This document shows, one piece after another, positions 33,737-46,500 of a DNA stretch of 64,000 bases. The stretch is from the NCBI RefSeq assembly GCF_022045235.1, contig NW_027266266.1, positions 48,298,001 through 48,362,000 on the forward strand, written 5' to 3'. The notes beneath the pieces are model-generated. The model was not told the origin of the DNA. It searched no databases and saw only the letters and a program-made list of their open reading frames with translations. Every line of letters begins with the position of its first letter. Position 1 is the first letter of the stretch. Source of the DNA: Haliotis cracherodii (taxonomy: Eukaryota). The position numbers and the translations under genes are program-made.

Positions 33737-34930
33737 ATGGAACTCAGCAAAGAGGAAATGGAAAAGATGATTGTTGCCTTTGAGAAGGCAGGATTGAAAC
33801 CTAAAGCTGATACAGCGGAGGATTTCAAAGACTGGATCACTTCTGTCTCAGAACAGGAAGTTATAATTAAACAGGAAGTTGATCTTGGAGCTAGTGCTTC
33901 AGTGAATGATGTTGCTCCGACTAGTAGTACTACACAACAGAAGACTGTCAGTACTCACGCATATCACAGCTTCCCTAAACTTACAGTGTTTAGTGGGGAG
34001 CCAGGCAAGGATAGTGAATATGACCTTTGGCGATATGAGGTCGACTGCTTGATTGAGGCCAAAACACACAGCAATGAGGTGATTCTACAAGCCATACGGA
34101 AATCCCTCAAGGGTGAAGCTGCTCTTTCAGCAATGAAGCTTGGTCACAAAGCTTCAATAACAGACATCCTATCCAAGTTGAAGAGTGCTTTTGGGACACT
34201 TCGGAGAATTTCTGTACTCATGTCCGAGTTTTACAGTGCCACTCAAAAGGATGGTGAAGATGTTACTGGTTGGAGCTGTCGGCTTGAGAGATTACTCTAC
34301 CAGCTGGTTTGTCAGAAGTCTATATCCCATGCCGAGCAAGATGAGATGTTGAGGTCAAGGTTGTGGGATGGCTTGAATCCTACTCTTAAGGGACTAGCAG
34401 GCTACAAATATGAGTCTCTCAAGAGTTTTGATGACCTTCGTCTATGCCTAAGAGAGTTGGAGTTCGACTTGCATCGTGGGACTGTTCCTCAACATAAAGG
34501 GAAGCAAGCCATAGTGAAGCAAGCGTCTTCTGAGAAGACAACAGAGCCTGACCACTATTCTGAACTTAAAGATATGTTGAAGCAAATGAAGTCGGAGATT
34601 ACTGGCATAAAGGATCATCAAACTCAAATGACGACACAGATCAATCAGCTTCAGTCAGGGCAACCAGATGTTAGGGCTAGAGGTCGTGGTAGATCAGGAT
34701 ATCGAGGTGCTTATGGTTCCACACAGGACACATCAGCGTCAGTGAATCAGTCTGAGAGTGCTTCTGGATCAGATATTCCTCCATCTCAAGAGAGTACACA
34801 GCAACGACCATTCCCTGTTTGTTGGAATTGTGGTTATCCTGGTCATCTTTCATATGGTTGTCGTGTCCGACAGGATCATCGCCGGAGACCTTTAAACTCC
34901 AACAGGCCTATGGGCAGGGGGCACTCCTAG
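33737..34930 (+). CDS. gag: Gag (PNMA-like capsid + CCHC knuckle)
   Basis: LTVFSGE...YDLWRYEV...IRKSLKGEA capsid segment; CWNCGYPGHLSYGC. Confidence 0.93.
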   Translation: MELSKEEMEKMIVAFEKAGLKPKADTAEDFKDWITSVSEQEVIIKQEVDLGASASVNDVAPTSSTTQQKTVSTHAYHSFPKLTVFSGEPGKDSEYDLWRYEVDCLIEAKTHSNEVILQAIRKSLKGEAALSAMKLGHKASITDILSKLKSAFGTLRRISVLMSEFYSATQKDGEDVTGWSCRLERLLYQLVCQKSISHAEQDEMLRSRLWDGLNPTLKGLAGYKYESLKSFDDLRLCLRELEFDLHRGTVPQHKGKQAIVKQASSEKTTEPDHYSELKDMLKQMKSEITGIKDHQTQMTTQINQLQSGQPDVRARGRGRSGYRGAYGSTQDTSASVNQSESASGSDIPPSQESTQQRPFPVCWNCGYPGHLSYGCRVRQDHRRRPLNSNRPMGRGHS

Positions 34931-34947
34931 GTCAAGATCTACGCCCC
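34891..34947 (+). other. -1 ribosomal frameshift signal: slippery T TTA AAC + pseudoknot
   Basis: Heptamer is in the gag frame; 7-nt spacer; S1 GGCCTA/TAGGTC and S2 GGGGC/GCCCC. Confidence 0.8.
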
Positions 34948-37900
34948 AGAGGACGACATGTCATGGAAAAGCTTGTGGGTCATTCTAATGAGGTCAAGCT
35001 ACAAGTTGAGGGTGTCACAACCAGAGCTTTACTTGACACTGGAGCGACAGTGTCTCTTGTGTCTCAGTCTTTTTATGATTCCTTCTTGAATCATTTACCA
35101 ATTGAGCCTTTGGGTTGCATGTTGAATATCGAACATGCTGGTGGTGATTCTTTGCCTTACATAGGTTTTGTTGAGGTTGGAGTCAGTTCCGATGGTTGTG
35201 GTCTTGGTGATTGTGTCACTTCTTGTTTGCTTCTTGTTGTACCTGATACTAAGTACAACCATAAGGTACCTATTTTACTTGGCACAAATGTACTTTCACA
35301 TTTGTTGGGTGAGTGTAAGTCTGCTTATGGTGTTCGTTTTCTTCAATGTGCAGACTTGTTTACTCCTTGGTATTTGACATTTCGGAGTATGGTTGTTCAA
35401 GATAAGGAACTATCGAGGAATGGAGGAGTACTTGGCTACTTGAAGTCATCAGAGACAAGCAGAGTGATGATTCCACCCAACTCTCATGTCACTATTAAGG
35501 GACAACTATGCCATAGCGTACCATACCGTCAAGTATGTGCCCTTATACAAGCTACTCAAGACTCAGTGTTACCCAGGGATCTTGATGTTGCACCTACTCT
35601 ATTGACCTATGATCACACCATGCCATATGACATTGATGTACTTGTGTCCAATGTTACCACTCGAACAGCTGTTGTACGTCCTAAGGATCTATTATGTGAG
35701 CTTCAGCCCGTCTCCATAGAAGGAATGACACCAACTATGCCTTCAGATCCTGATACTTTGCTTGCCCAGATAGAGTTTGACCGTGATGGACTTACAGAAG
35801 ATGAGATAGATCAAGGACTTGGAGTTATTCAGCGCTACAGTAATATATTCTCCAAAAGTGAAGATGATCTTGGTCACTCATCACGTGTCCGACATAGGAT
35901 AGACCTCGTAGACGACACGCCTTTCAAACAACGACATCGTCGTATTCCTCCTGGAATGTTTGAAGATGTAAAGCAACACTTGAATGACCTATTGTCTGCT
36001 GGAGTGATAAGGCCCTCACACAGCCCTTGGGCATCAAACATTGTTCTGGTTAAGCGCAAGGATGGTCGTTTACGACTTTGTGTTGATTACCGCCAGTTAA
36101 ATCAGAGGACAATAAAGGACAGTTATGCATTACCCCGTATAGAAGAGCTTCTTGACAGCCTTGGTGGGATGAAATTTTACTCAGTGCTGGACATGAAGAG
36201 TGGATACTACCAGGTGGAGCTTGAGGAAGAACACAAACAGCGCACAGCATTTACTGTAGGCCCACTTGGGTTCTACGAGTATAACCGAATGCCTTTCGGT
36301 CTGTCCAATGCTCCCGCCACCTATCAGCGCCTCATGGAGAAGTGTTTGGAAGGCCTGCATCTCCGTATTTGTCTCATCTACCTGGATGACTTAATTATAT
36401 TCTCCAAGACCTATGAGGAGCATGTAGAACGCCTCAGACTAGTCTTCCAGCGTCTCCAGGAGTGTGGCCTCAAACTTGCTACTAAGAAATGCAAGTTTTT
36501 CAAACGGAAGGTCAGGTATGTGGGATATATAGTGTCAGCTGAGGGAATTGAAGCAGACCCAGACAAGATCGACAAGATCAAGAACTGGCCTGTTCCCAAG
36601 AACGCTGAGGATGTTCGTCGTTTCCTGGGTTTCGCAGGGTATTACAGGAAATTTGTACAGAACTTTTCCAGGATTGCACGTCCTTTGTCGGTCTTGATGC
36701 CCTCCACACCACAGAGGAAGAGCAAGTCACGGAAGCATGTACCTCCAATTGACTGGCAGTGGGAAGAAGCACAGCAGGATTCTTTTGACAAGTTGAAGTC
36801 CTGTCTGTCAAGTCCTCCAGTTCTAGGATATCCAGACTTTTCTAAGCCCTTCGAGCTCCACACAGATGCCAGTGCTCAGGGATTAGGAGCTGTTATATAC
36901 CAGGAGCAAGATGAGGTATCTAGAGTTATAGCCTACGCCAGTAGAGGACTCACACGCTCAGAACGGAACTATTCAGCTCACAAATTGGAATTTTTGTGCC
37001 TCAAGTGGAGTGTGACCGAAAAGTTCCATGACTACTTATATGGAAACGAGTTTTTAGTCTTTACAGACAACAACCCACTTACGTATGTCTTAACTACTGC
37101 AAAGTTAGATGCCACAGGACACAGGTGGTTGGCTGCTTTATCCATGTACAACTTCACCATCAAGTACAGACCTGGAAAGTCTAATGCGGATGCAGATTCC
37201 TTGTCAAGATTGCCAGTTTGTGAAGAAGTCAGAAGTGAAGTTGTTCACGCCATCTGTGGGAAAGTGCAGGTGTCCAGCTTGGTCGAGACCATCTGTTTGT
37301 CTGTCGATAGCATGTCCCAGGATGATGTTTCTGTTGTTGAGGAACAATGTCGAACCAATGCCAAGGAATGGAGTAAGACTCAGCGTAGAGACCCAGACTT
37401 GTTAGACATTATTGATTCTCTTGAATCAGGACAGAGATTGGACCGCAAGATGTACAGAGATAATCCTGTTATGACTGGTCTGCTCAAGAACTACAATCAT
37501 TACAAGCTTATTGAGGGTGTTCTCCTCAAAGTTACTGTGACAGCAGATGGTACTCAGGGACAGCTAGTTTTGCCTTCAAGATGTAGACTTGCTGCACTCC
37601 GTAGTTTGCATGATGACTCAGGACATCCTGGCAGAGACCGCACTTTATCTCTTTTAAGAGAGAGATTCTATTGGCCAGGCATGGCACAGGATGTTCAGAA
37701 ACACCTAGAGTCTTGTGACAGATGCTTAAAGAGGAAGGCGACCACTGACAAAGCACCACTAGTTAACATCGTGACCACACAGCCCCTAGAGCTGATATGC
37801 ATGGACTTTTTGACTATCGAGGCATCCAAAGGAGGTCACCAGTATGTGTTAGTGGTCACCGACCACTTTACCAGGTATGCGCAGGCCTATTCATGTCGGA

Positions 37901-39279
37901 ATACCTCAGCAAGAACAACAGCTGAACTATTCTTCAACCATTTTGTTGTACATTATGGTCTTCCACAGAGAATACATTCCGACAAGGGTGCCAACTTTGT
38001 TGGAAACCTCATGACTGAGTTGTGCCACCTTTTGCACATTGAGAAATCGTCCACTACCCCATACCACCCTATGGGTAATGGGATGTGCGAACGATTTAAT
38101 AGGACTTTGTGTAACATGCTCGGTACTTTAGATCCTGAAGCAAAGAAAGACTGGAAGACACGTGTTGGGCCATTAGTGCACGCCTACAACAGCACAAGGC
38201 ATGAGTGTACTGGGTACTCACCTTTTTATCTTATGTTTGGCCGACACCCAAGGCTTCCAGTCGATGTTGCTTTTGGTCTTGACATAGAGCCAAGCAAGCC
38301 AAGAACAACCTTACAGTACACAAAATCCTTGAAGGAAAGGTTGGACCAGGCCTACAAGTTAGCATCCCAAAAGGCAGATCAATCTCGTAGTCAGCAGAAG
38401 GATTTCTACGACAAACGTGTGAGAGCTGCAGTTCTGGATGTTGGCGATAGGGTGTTAGTACGAGTTGTGGCTTTTGAAGGACGACATAAGATCCAGGACA
38501 AATGGGAAGGTGACATTTATGTTGTGATCCATCAGCCTAACCCTGATGTACCTGTCTACACTGTCAGGAAGGAAAATGGACAAGGACGCACCAGGACCCT
38601 GCATAGAAATTTGTTACTTCCTGTGAGTTCTCTTCCACGTCAAGACGTCACACCCCCTAAGGCTGCTCCCAGAACTAGTGTTCCTAGACAAACGGTAGTT
38701 CCTAGAAGATCAAGGAGAATCCAAGGACAAGACCCAGATTCTGATGAAGATGAGGATATTGACTTCATAGTTGTTTCCACTACATCACAGCCGTCAGTGT
38801 CAACTTCTAGAGAAGTTGATAGGCCAACTGAGGTTAGAGTAGATGAAGATAGAGTTTCTACTTCAAGTGATCAGGATGTGGAAGAGCCTGCAGATTCTGT
38901 TCAGGAACAGGATCAAGAGTCCGATGTGGATCAGGCTGAGGATCAGTCATCAGAATCTGCAACCTCAGACACAGCTTCTGTACCAGAGGATGTCACTCCT
39001 GCAGTTCAAGACCAGGATCTAGAACCGATTAGAGGATGTGACAACTCAGTTCCCCAGGTAGCTCCTAGACCAGTACCAGCTCCTAGACGCTCTACCCGGG
39101 AACGGAGAAAGCCTCAGTGGATGCAATCTGGAGATTACGTAATGTCTGCTATCACTGATGCTCCAGAGGACTGGAGAAGTCGAGCTGATTATCTGCTTTC
39201 ACTGATAGGTACAGGAGTAGTAAATGACGTCACAGCCAAGAGTATGCTTTTGTCCCTTATTTCCGGTCATGACAAATGA
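34891..39279 (+). CDS. pol: Pol polyprotein (PR-RT-RH-IN), in the -1 frame relative to gag
   Basis: LLDTGA, YLDD, HTDAS, H-x4-H...C-x2-C, MDF/SDKG/ERFN; uninterrupted ORF. Confidence 0.96.
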   Translation, partial: FKLQQAYGQGALLGQDLRPRGRHVMEKLVGHSNEVKLQVEGVTTRALLDTGATVSLVSQSFYDSFLNHLPIEPLGCMLNIEHAGGDSLPYIGFVEVGVSSDGCGLGDCVTSCLLLVVPDTKYNHKVPILLGTNVLSHLLGECKSAYGVRFLQCADLFTPWYLTFRSMVVQDKELSRNGGVLGYLKSSETSRVMIPPNSHVTIKGQLCHSVPYRQVCALIQATQDSVLPRDLDVAPTLLTYDHTMPYDIDVLVSNVTTRTAVVRPKDLLCELQPVSIEGMTPTMPSDPDTLLAQIEFDRDGLTEDEIDQGLGVIQRYSNIFSKSEDDLGHSSRVRHRIDLVDDTPFKQRHRRIPPGMFEDVKQHLNDLLSAGVIRPSHSPWASNIVLVKRKDGRLRLCVDYRQLNQRTIKDSYALPRIEELLDSLGGMKFYSVLDMKSGYYQVELEEEHKQRTAFTVGPLGFYEYNRMPFGLSNAPATYQRLMEKCLEGLHLRICLIYLDDLIIFSKTYEEHVERLRLVFQRLQECGLKLATKKCKFFKRKVRYVGYIVSAEGIEADPDKIDKIKNWPVPKNAEDVRRFLGFAGYYRKFVQNFSRIARPLSVLMPSTPQRKSKSRKHVPPIDWQWEEAQQDSFDKLKSCLSSPPVLGYPDFSKPFELHTDASAQGLGAVIYQEQDEVSRVIAYASRGLTRSERNYSAHKLEFLCLKWSVTEKFHDYLYGNEFLVFTDNNPLTYVLTTAKLDATGHRWLAALSMYNFTIKYRPGKSNADADSLSRLPVCEEVRSEVVHAICGKVQVSSLVETICLSVDSMSQDDVSVVEEQCRTNAKEWSKTQRRDPDLLDIIDSLESGQRLDRKMYRDNPVMTGLLKNYNHYKLIEGVLLKVTVTADGTQGQLVLPSRCRLAALRSLHDDSGHPGRDRTLSLLRERFYWPGMAQDVQKHLESCDRCLKRKATTDKAPLVNIVTTQPLELICMDFLTIEASKGGHQYVLVVTDHFTRYAQAYSCRNTSARTTAELFFNHFVVHYGLPQRIHSDKGANFVGNLMTELCHLLHIEKSSTTPYHPMGNGMCERFNRTLCNMLGTLDPEAKKDWKTRVGPLVHAYNSTRHECTGYSPFYLMFGRHPRLPVDVAFGLDIEPSKPRTTLQYTKSLKERLDQAYKLASQKADQSRSQQKDFYDKRVRAAVLDVGDRVLVRVVAFEGRHKIQDKWEGDIYVVIHQPNPDVPVYTVRKENGQGRTRTLHRNLLLPVSSLPRQDVTPPKAAPRTSVPRQTVVPRRSRRIQGQDPDSDEDEDIDFIVVSTTSQPSVSTSREVDRPTEVRVDEDRVSTSSDQDVEEPADSVQEQDQESDVDQAEDQSSESATSDTASVPEDVTPAVQDQDLEPIRGCDNSVPQVAPRPVPAPRRSTRERRKPQWMQSGDYVMSAITDAPEDWRSRADYLLSLIGTGVVNDVTAKSMLLSLISGHDK

Positions 39280-39311
39280 TGAGGACATCATTTTGCCGAG
39301 GGGAGGAAGTA

Positions 39312-40579
39312 TGTAGTAGGTGTTAATTCTGCAGCTTGTAAATATGTATGTATTTTTAGTGTAGATAAGGTATCATGTCTTTTCTATTTCAGCTTGTTGA
39401 TTCAACAGAGGGTTGTGTCATTTCCTGGTTTCTATCTATCATTAGTTGTGTCCTTATCAGTATTTGCTACTGATAACTTTCTACTGGGTCAAAGGTCAAT
39501 GGTCCAGTCTATTTTACTTCCAAGGGTGTTTTATTCTATTGTTTGCTCGTCATTAGGTTTACCTGTTGTTACCCAATTAGTATACCTTTCAATTCAAATC
39601 CCTTTCTCACCTGCCATTGCTAATCTTATGCTGCACACACCCACCTGCACTGCACAGCAATGGATTGAGTATCAAGTTATCAAGGTTAGTAATCATAATT
39701 AATCTGTATCAATCTAAACATTATAATTTCAATCATTAGTATAAATCAAGTAATAAATAATAAAATAGGTTTTAAATAACTTGTAAACATAAACAAACGA
39801 TAGGTTGAGTGAATGAGGTGAGTGTGATGAGATTAGGGTCTGATTCATGAGTATTGCTTATCTATACATATATTTTATATTTCAATGCATTGGTTATTTG
39901 GTATTTTGTGTATTTTTGGTATTTGATGCATATTTGCTATTATTTAGTAAATCTGGTGTATTTCTAGACTTTGTACATATCTCTCTAGATGTATGCATGT
40001 ATTTATTGATAGTTGTATGAATGAATGACTGAAGTTGTATTTCAGTGATGCATGTATATGCCGTGATTATATATGTTATTTACAATATTATAATTAATAT
40101 TGTATCTGTATTTAGTTTCATGTGACTGTCGAATGAGACGACTGGCAGAAGGCATGTTACACTCTCGTGTCACACACAGGGTATGTTTTGTATATAGTTT
40201 ATCTATATAATATGTTCATGTTGTGCATTCATTATGCATAATATGATTAGATGATGATTTAATGATTTCCTCAGTTATGCGTTTAATAATGTGTAATGAT
40301 ATTGTCTTTTGTATATGAAGGTACATCTGCACTGATAAGTTATCGAGGCAGAAATATATTTGTGTATCTGCTGTAACGATGTAATGAGTTATGAAGAAGC
40401 AGATCGATACTTTACATTTAATGTGTTATTGTACATTTATTCTGAAACACGTGATATATTGTGATTTTAAATTGTTTCAGGAGTGTCTTCTATATGCCTT
40501 GCTGAATAAACTGAATTTTCTCACAACCCCGTGGACTGTAATCTCTTGCAACTAAGGATTACACATAAGGTCTACAACA
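39312..40579 (+). repeat. 3' LTR
   Basis: Direct repeat of 31025-32292, preceded by PPT GAGGGGAGGAAGTA. Confidence 0.95.
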
Positions 40580-41116
40580 TTAGGCCCGAAAGTCTATTTA
40601 GGATTTAAATTGTGATTAAGGAAGAAGAGAGTAGAGAGAGAACAAGATAACAAATCTTAACAAAACCAACCTGCGAAACAAGTGCTAGCTCGTTCAGCGT
40701 GTGTTCGATGAATGAAATACAGCCCCTCGGATCTTTGTTTACTGGATACACCTTGACCAATGTTCAGTGATATAACTTATTAAGATATTGAAGCTACATG
40801 GCCGCCAGTAGTTTCGAGGATATGTCCTGGCTACACTTCATGGTTTCGTGCTCAAGAAACATATATGAAAGAATATGATGACTCATCTTGATGAACTTTA
40901 ATAATGCAATTCGACAAAGAAGATGTAACAGATGACTCGACAACATTTTTCACACATGAATGCGTTCAACCGTGGCAGTCAACCAGTACAATGCACAATG
41001 CATTTTATTAGTAATTGGTCGATCCTTCATAAATCTAATTTTTACCATTCATTTCACATATGCCTCGGTAGAATTGAGATAGGGGAGGGACTTCTGGTCA
41101 GTAAACAAGGTATTCA

Positions 41117-41982
41117 GATATCCAGAAACTCGTTTTTCCGGACAACATTTTAGAAAACGCAATTGTCCGGATAAGCGAGGTTCTACTTTACACTGCGTGA
41201 TACATGACAAAACAGATGTGTTAGGACCTGATTCGCACTTGCTGAAGGGATACCAATGGACCCTGATCATAATACATTGGTTGCTTATTATTATTATTAA
41301 ACATATTGCATTGTCCAAAAAGAAAAAGGGATTGGGCACAAGTGCAGCACTTATTACCGCCTTCTCCCTATATACAGTTATACATAATATTGCATAATGA
41401 AAATGAACAATTTACGGTTGCAGCTTCACTTTGTGGAAGTGATCGATACTTTACATTTAATGTGTTATTGTACATTTATTCTGAAACACGTGATATATTG
41501 TGATTTTAAATTGTTTCAGGAGTGTCTTCTATATGCCTTGCTGAATAAACTGAATTTTCTCACAACCCCGTGGACTGTAATCTCTTGCAACTAAGGATTA
41601 CACATAAGGTCTACAACATTAGGCCCGAAAGTCTATTTAGGATTTAAATTGTGATTTGTGATATCCAGAAACTCGTTTTTCCGGACAACATTTTAGAAAA
41701 CGCAATTGTCCGGATAAGCGAGGTTCTACTTTACACTGCGTGATACATGACAAAACAGATGTGTTAGGACCTGATTCGCACTTGCTGAAGGGATACCAAT
41801 GGACCCTGATCATAATACATTGGTTGCTTATTATTATTATTAAACATATTGCATTGTCCAAAAAGAAAAAGGGATTGGGCACAAGTGCAGCACTTATTAC
41901 CGCCTTCTCCCTATATACAGTTATACATAATATTGCATAATGAAAATGAACAATTTACGGTTGCAGCTTCACTTTGTGGAAG
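41117..41982 (+). repeat. Complex local duplication: 41117-41439 repeated at 41660-41982, with a copy of the LTR end + flank (40402-40617) at 41441-41656
   Basis: Identical text blocks at offsets 543 and 1039. Confidence 0.9.
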
Positions 41983-41998
41983 CATAGTGCGCAATATA

Positions 41999-43518
41999 TA
42001 CTGAACCAAATTAAAAATTTCACAATCCTAAAATTTTAACATTTTGACCAATTATCATTGTTGGCCCTTATTGTGTATTCAAACAGTAATGGCCACGTAT
42101 TGTCTTCAGATAACACCCGTTTTTGTGCAGGTGAATCGATCAAAATCATGTGCACTGCACTATAGTGGCAAAAGTGGTTTTTCACGTGCAACTGGTCACG
42201 TTTTTTCAGCCATACTTGTTAGCAGTCATTAACCAAAAAAGAAAGAATAACACAAGAAAACTAAAGTCTTTACGGCCATTTGTCATGCCCCGCCTTTCAA
42301 ATATGCAACGTGAACGTGCCATCGGCATGTTGCAGACGGGAACGTCCGTAGTTGAAGTCGCAAGGACGATGGGTTGTAGTCGACGGAGCGTTTATGATTT
42401 ACAGACGCGTCTACAGCAAACGGGTACCACCGCTGATCGCCCTCGGCCAGGTCGACCACGTGAGACGTCACATGCAGAGGATCGCCAGATTGGCTTACGT
42501 CACCTCCGTAACCGATGTTTGACGGCTACATCAACCAGATAAGGAACTGTTTAGGGGTAGAGTGAGTGCGCAAACTGTTCGAAACCTTCTGAGAACTGCT
42601 CACCTTCAAGCACGACGGCCATACTGCGGGCCGATTCTGACTCAATTACACAGACGTCAACGTCAATTGTGGGCACAGCGACACTTACGATGGACTCAGA
42701 GGAATTGGAATCAAGTCGTCTTCAGTGATGAATCCCGATTTAATCTTCGATTTGCTGATGGTAGGGCGAGGGTGTGGAGGCGCCGTCATGAACGTTACGC
42801 CCAGTGTTGTGTACAGGAAGTTGACAGATTTCGAGGCGGAAGTGTCATGGTGTGGGGTGCTTTCTGTGACAATGCACGTTCCAGGCTTCTTGTCATCCGT
42901 GGCAACCTCAACGCTGCTGCTTACCGCGACCAGGTACTGGCACCGGAACTTCTGCCTTTTATGGTAGCACATGGACCCGGTTTGATCTTCCAACACGACA
43001 ATGCCAGACCCAAAACAACAATTTTGACAAGGAATTTCCTTCAGAATTCGGGAGTCAACGTCATGGACTGGCCGTCAAGGTCTCCGAACTCAGTCCCCTC
43101 GAACACGTCTGGGATGCTCTTGGCAGAAGTCTGCGCACTCTCCAGAACCAACCACAGAATTTGCAAGATCTTGGCACCATTTTGCAGCAACAATGGCGTC
43201 GTCTTCCCAATCATGTGTTCACAAGCATCACAAGGTCCATGCGGAGTCGTTGTGTGGCAGTTGTCAACGCACATGGTAGTCATACACGCTACTGAACTTG
43301 TGTGCCATCAGATTCTCGTGCTTGGGACTTATGATTTAAACTGTTGATGTTATTACCGAATACCGTAGGTGCTTGGAACAAATTATGGTTTCCACCGTTA
43401 ATTAAAATCCTTCTTTGGACACTAATGATTAAAAATTGCCTTCTCTGATACATTTGTCCGTTGTATATCATATATGGGATTACTTTTAAAAATGTGAAGT
43501 TTTCAATTTGACTCAGTA
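41999..43518 (+). mobile_element. Tc1-like DNA transposon (DD34E type), transposase 42285-43295 disrupted
   Basis: TA-flanked TIRs TACTGAACCAAATTAAAAATTTCACA; MPRLSNMQRERAIG, FSDESRF, QHDNARP, WPSRSP and HTRY*. Confidence 0.9.
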
Positions 43519-46500
43519 TATATACAGTGCTCATATGAAGGATATGTACAATGTGCTGGAAATTGAAGACAGTGTGCATCTCATACATATGCTAATATTA
43601 TACATTTTAGTGTTGTATATAGATTTAACAATATTAATGATTAACAGTTTGGACACAACAATATGCTAGCTACTGAACATGTTAGTCGTTTCTATAAATT
43701 TGTGTACAGACAAGAATATTTTTGTATTCAGGAAAACATCTAAGTTTGGATCACCAAAAAGAATACTATGTAGAGTTTTTTGTACTCCAAGATTAAGATA
43801 GCTGTCAGCAATGTCTCCCTAAAATCATCATATAAGGTACATTCGAAGAAGAAATGGAGCTCCGCATTTACAGGAAATAGTATCTATCAGATAAATTAAC
43901 ACGAAACAGGTCGGAATTTAGTGTGCTAAAATTGTGTCTCAATCTAGTGTGCAATATATTTGTAGATCTCTTACCGCAATTATAGTGCATAGGTGGTGAT
44001 GTAGGCTGCTCAGATGCGACAGCTTTAAAATAAGATATTGACCGACTATCCCTGATTCCTGATGATAGATTATTCCATTGGCCTAATGTATCTATAATAT
44101 AAGACCTTTTAAACGTAGATGTCTGTGCAAATGGAACTACAAAATCATGGCGGTTTATAATTGACGTTCTGTGACACAGTTGGTGGTATAAGATCAGTTA
44201 CATATGAAAGACATTGCTTATTTATTTTTTTATACATAGTTACAAGTTTGTTGACGTTTCTTCTATACGCTTATATATATATGTATCCACGTCACACACA
44301 CCAAGCACAAGTACACTTATTTGAATATTACTAATATATCATGAATGTTACTGAGCAGTCAGTGAGAGTTTATATCTTTGCGCTTAATCAGCAAAATTAA
44401 GCCTTTCACGTATATTACAACTTTGTAAGTTAACATTCCTTTCCAGAAATACCATAGAATGGTGACAGAGATGAACTTCTACCCCAAGAGATGTGTCTTT
44501 GACCTAAATCTGCTTTGTTACTTTGATTTCAAGTGATAGCCTTCACCTGGAAGGAATTTATATTTGTATTATTTCAATTTTTCTTTAATATCTCTCTGAA
44601 TTTTGGGTTTTAAAAAAGCAAGTCGCAGAAATAACTCCCGCTGGAGTTGTAATGTCATCTTAATATATCACTTGTGTATAGTAATCCCTCTTTTTGGGGT
44701 GTACTACAAACATAAATCAAAGTTTCTTTTGAGCTAGCATGAATATCATAAAATACTTAGCAAGTCTATGCTTATCATTCCCTCTACTCCTACCAAAGGC
44801 TTTAACTGTGGCTAATTGTTAAATATTTTTCACGAATACTGTAAATCATGAAACATGTAACCAAATTAATGCGAGTTTAGACCGCTGGCTAGACTAACAT
44901 CTAGTTTCTGAAATGAACATATTTTGCAAAAATAAAAACAATTGTTTAATTATATTAATAAAATATACAACTGCAGTAATCTAGTCTTGCCAAATATGAT
45001 TGACTTGCATCGGCTGTATTGGATATATTTGTTTCAGGAACTGTATGACAGGCCTAAAATGCGTCACGAAAGTAATGCGCTAAACATTGCTTTTGACCTG
45101 TAATAGCTAACCAGCAAACGAAAACACCAAGACTGTCGTCTTAGAATTCTATGATATAGTTTTGGTGGCAGTTCGATCGAAAACTACCATTTGCTATGCT
45201 CAAAAACTTGACTTCAACTGTTGATCTAACTTCTGTTAAATCAAAAGCAGGAAAATTTATCCTCATCTTTCAGGAAATAACACATGAAAGACTTTGACAT
45301 CTTGAGTTAATAGCCGATTTCATATTGAATTCACTACAAAGGACAACTTTAAGACGGGGGGTGGGGTCATATGAGCCATGGTGGCAAAGGTATCAACACA
45401 TGTGAGAACAAAGAAACGTTAACCCAATATTTCAAATGTTGGAAAAAAGGAGAAAAACAGTACAGTCACGGTCTAGTGACCGTGTCGTTTCTCTCTCGCT
45501 TAATTATCTGGCTTCTGTCACCATCCGGCAAAGTCCGGTGGTCGTCGTTGTCCAGTGTCTTTACGTTCATTGTTATAGAATTGGTGACCCGTAAATTTGG
45601 CGTCCTCCCATCTGTCAGACATCCCACTAGCTAGATACTTTTAGTAATGGTTGATTCATTACTAATACCATGCCTATTGCCTACGGTTTAAGTCGACACA
45701 GCCCTTTCTTCACCCATTTGTCAGCCAGTGAGGAGTAAGGAAAGAACACCACAAAGTTTTACTCGTATGTTTATTTACAACACTAAAAATTCAAATGATA
45801 TGAGTCATATCAACAAAATTAAATCAATGTCAGCACCAAAATTAGCATATCAATTATGCAATGTATTGATTTGATATATTTACCTCATACATCTTTGCTA
45901 CCTTGAGGAAGCGTATTAGGGCCACGGTCTAAGAAAATGTATCATCTACGTAGATGAAAGTAACATCGACGTCGCGATCGATGAAACTATAATCTACGTA
46001 AATGATGCTTGGCTGACTTTTATATGCCAATTAGAGTATGTTGGTGGCAATGTATCCTACATAATAAAATGTTATGCAGTGTATGTTGTTTAAAAGACAT
46101 TGGTGACGAATACCAATATTTGTGTTTTTGTGTTCTACATCTACTAAAACAAGACGTAGATTGTTGACTCATGTCTTCATCAAAGACAGTTCTGTTCTGT
46201 TAGAACGCCTCACTTCTAATTGACGTATTTATCACATATAATGGCTGCATTATTTAGTAAATATAATATTTAAATTTGTGTTTGGTTTGTTGTGAATGAG
46301 AATGTCTGGTAACTGATTCTCATGTAAGAGTTCTCTTAATTGACCAAACAACAATGGATTATCCTCTTCTCCATCTACTGGGATAGAATATGCTCAGTTT
46401 CTTTGGTAACGCAAAGGTAGTAAAGATGTCATCTGCTTCAGTGTAACAAGTAATCGTTTTGTCTGTTTGCACACGGAAGATGTACAGCTATATGCATTTA

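Larger units (their letters stand above)
31025..40579 (+). mobile_element. Full-length Gypsy/Ty3 LTR retrotransposon, apparently intact
   Basis: Two 1268-bp TG...CA LTRs, TTAG TSD on both sides, PBS at 32294, PPT at 39298-39311, open gag and pol. Confidence 0.97.
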
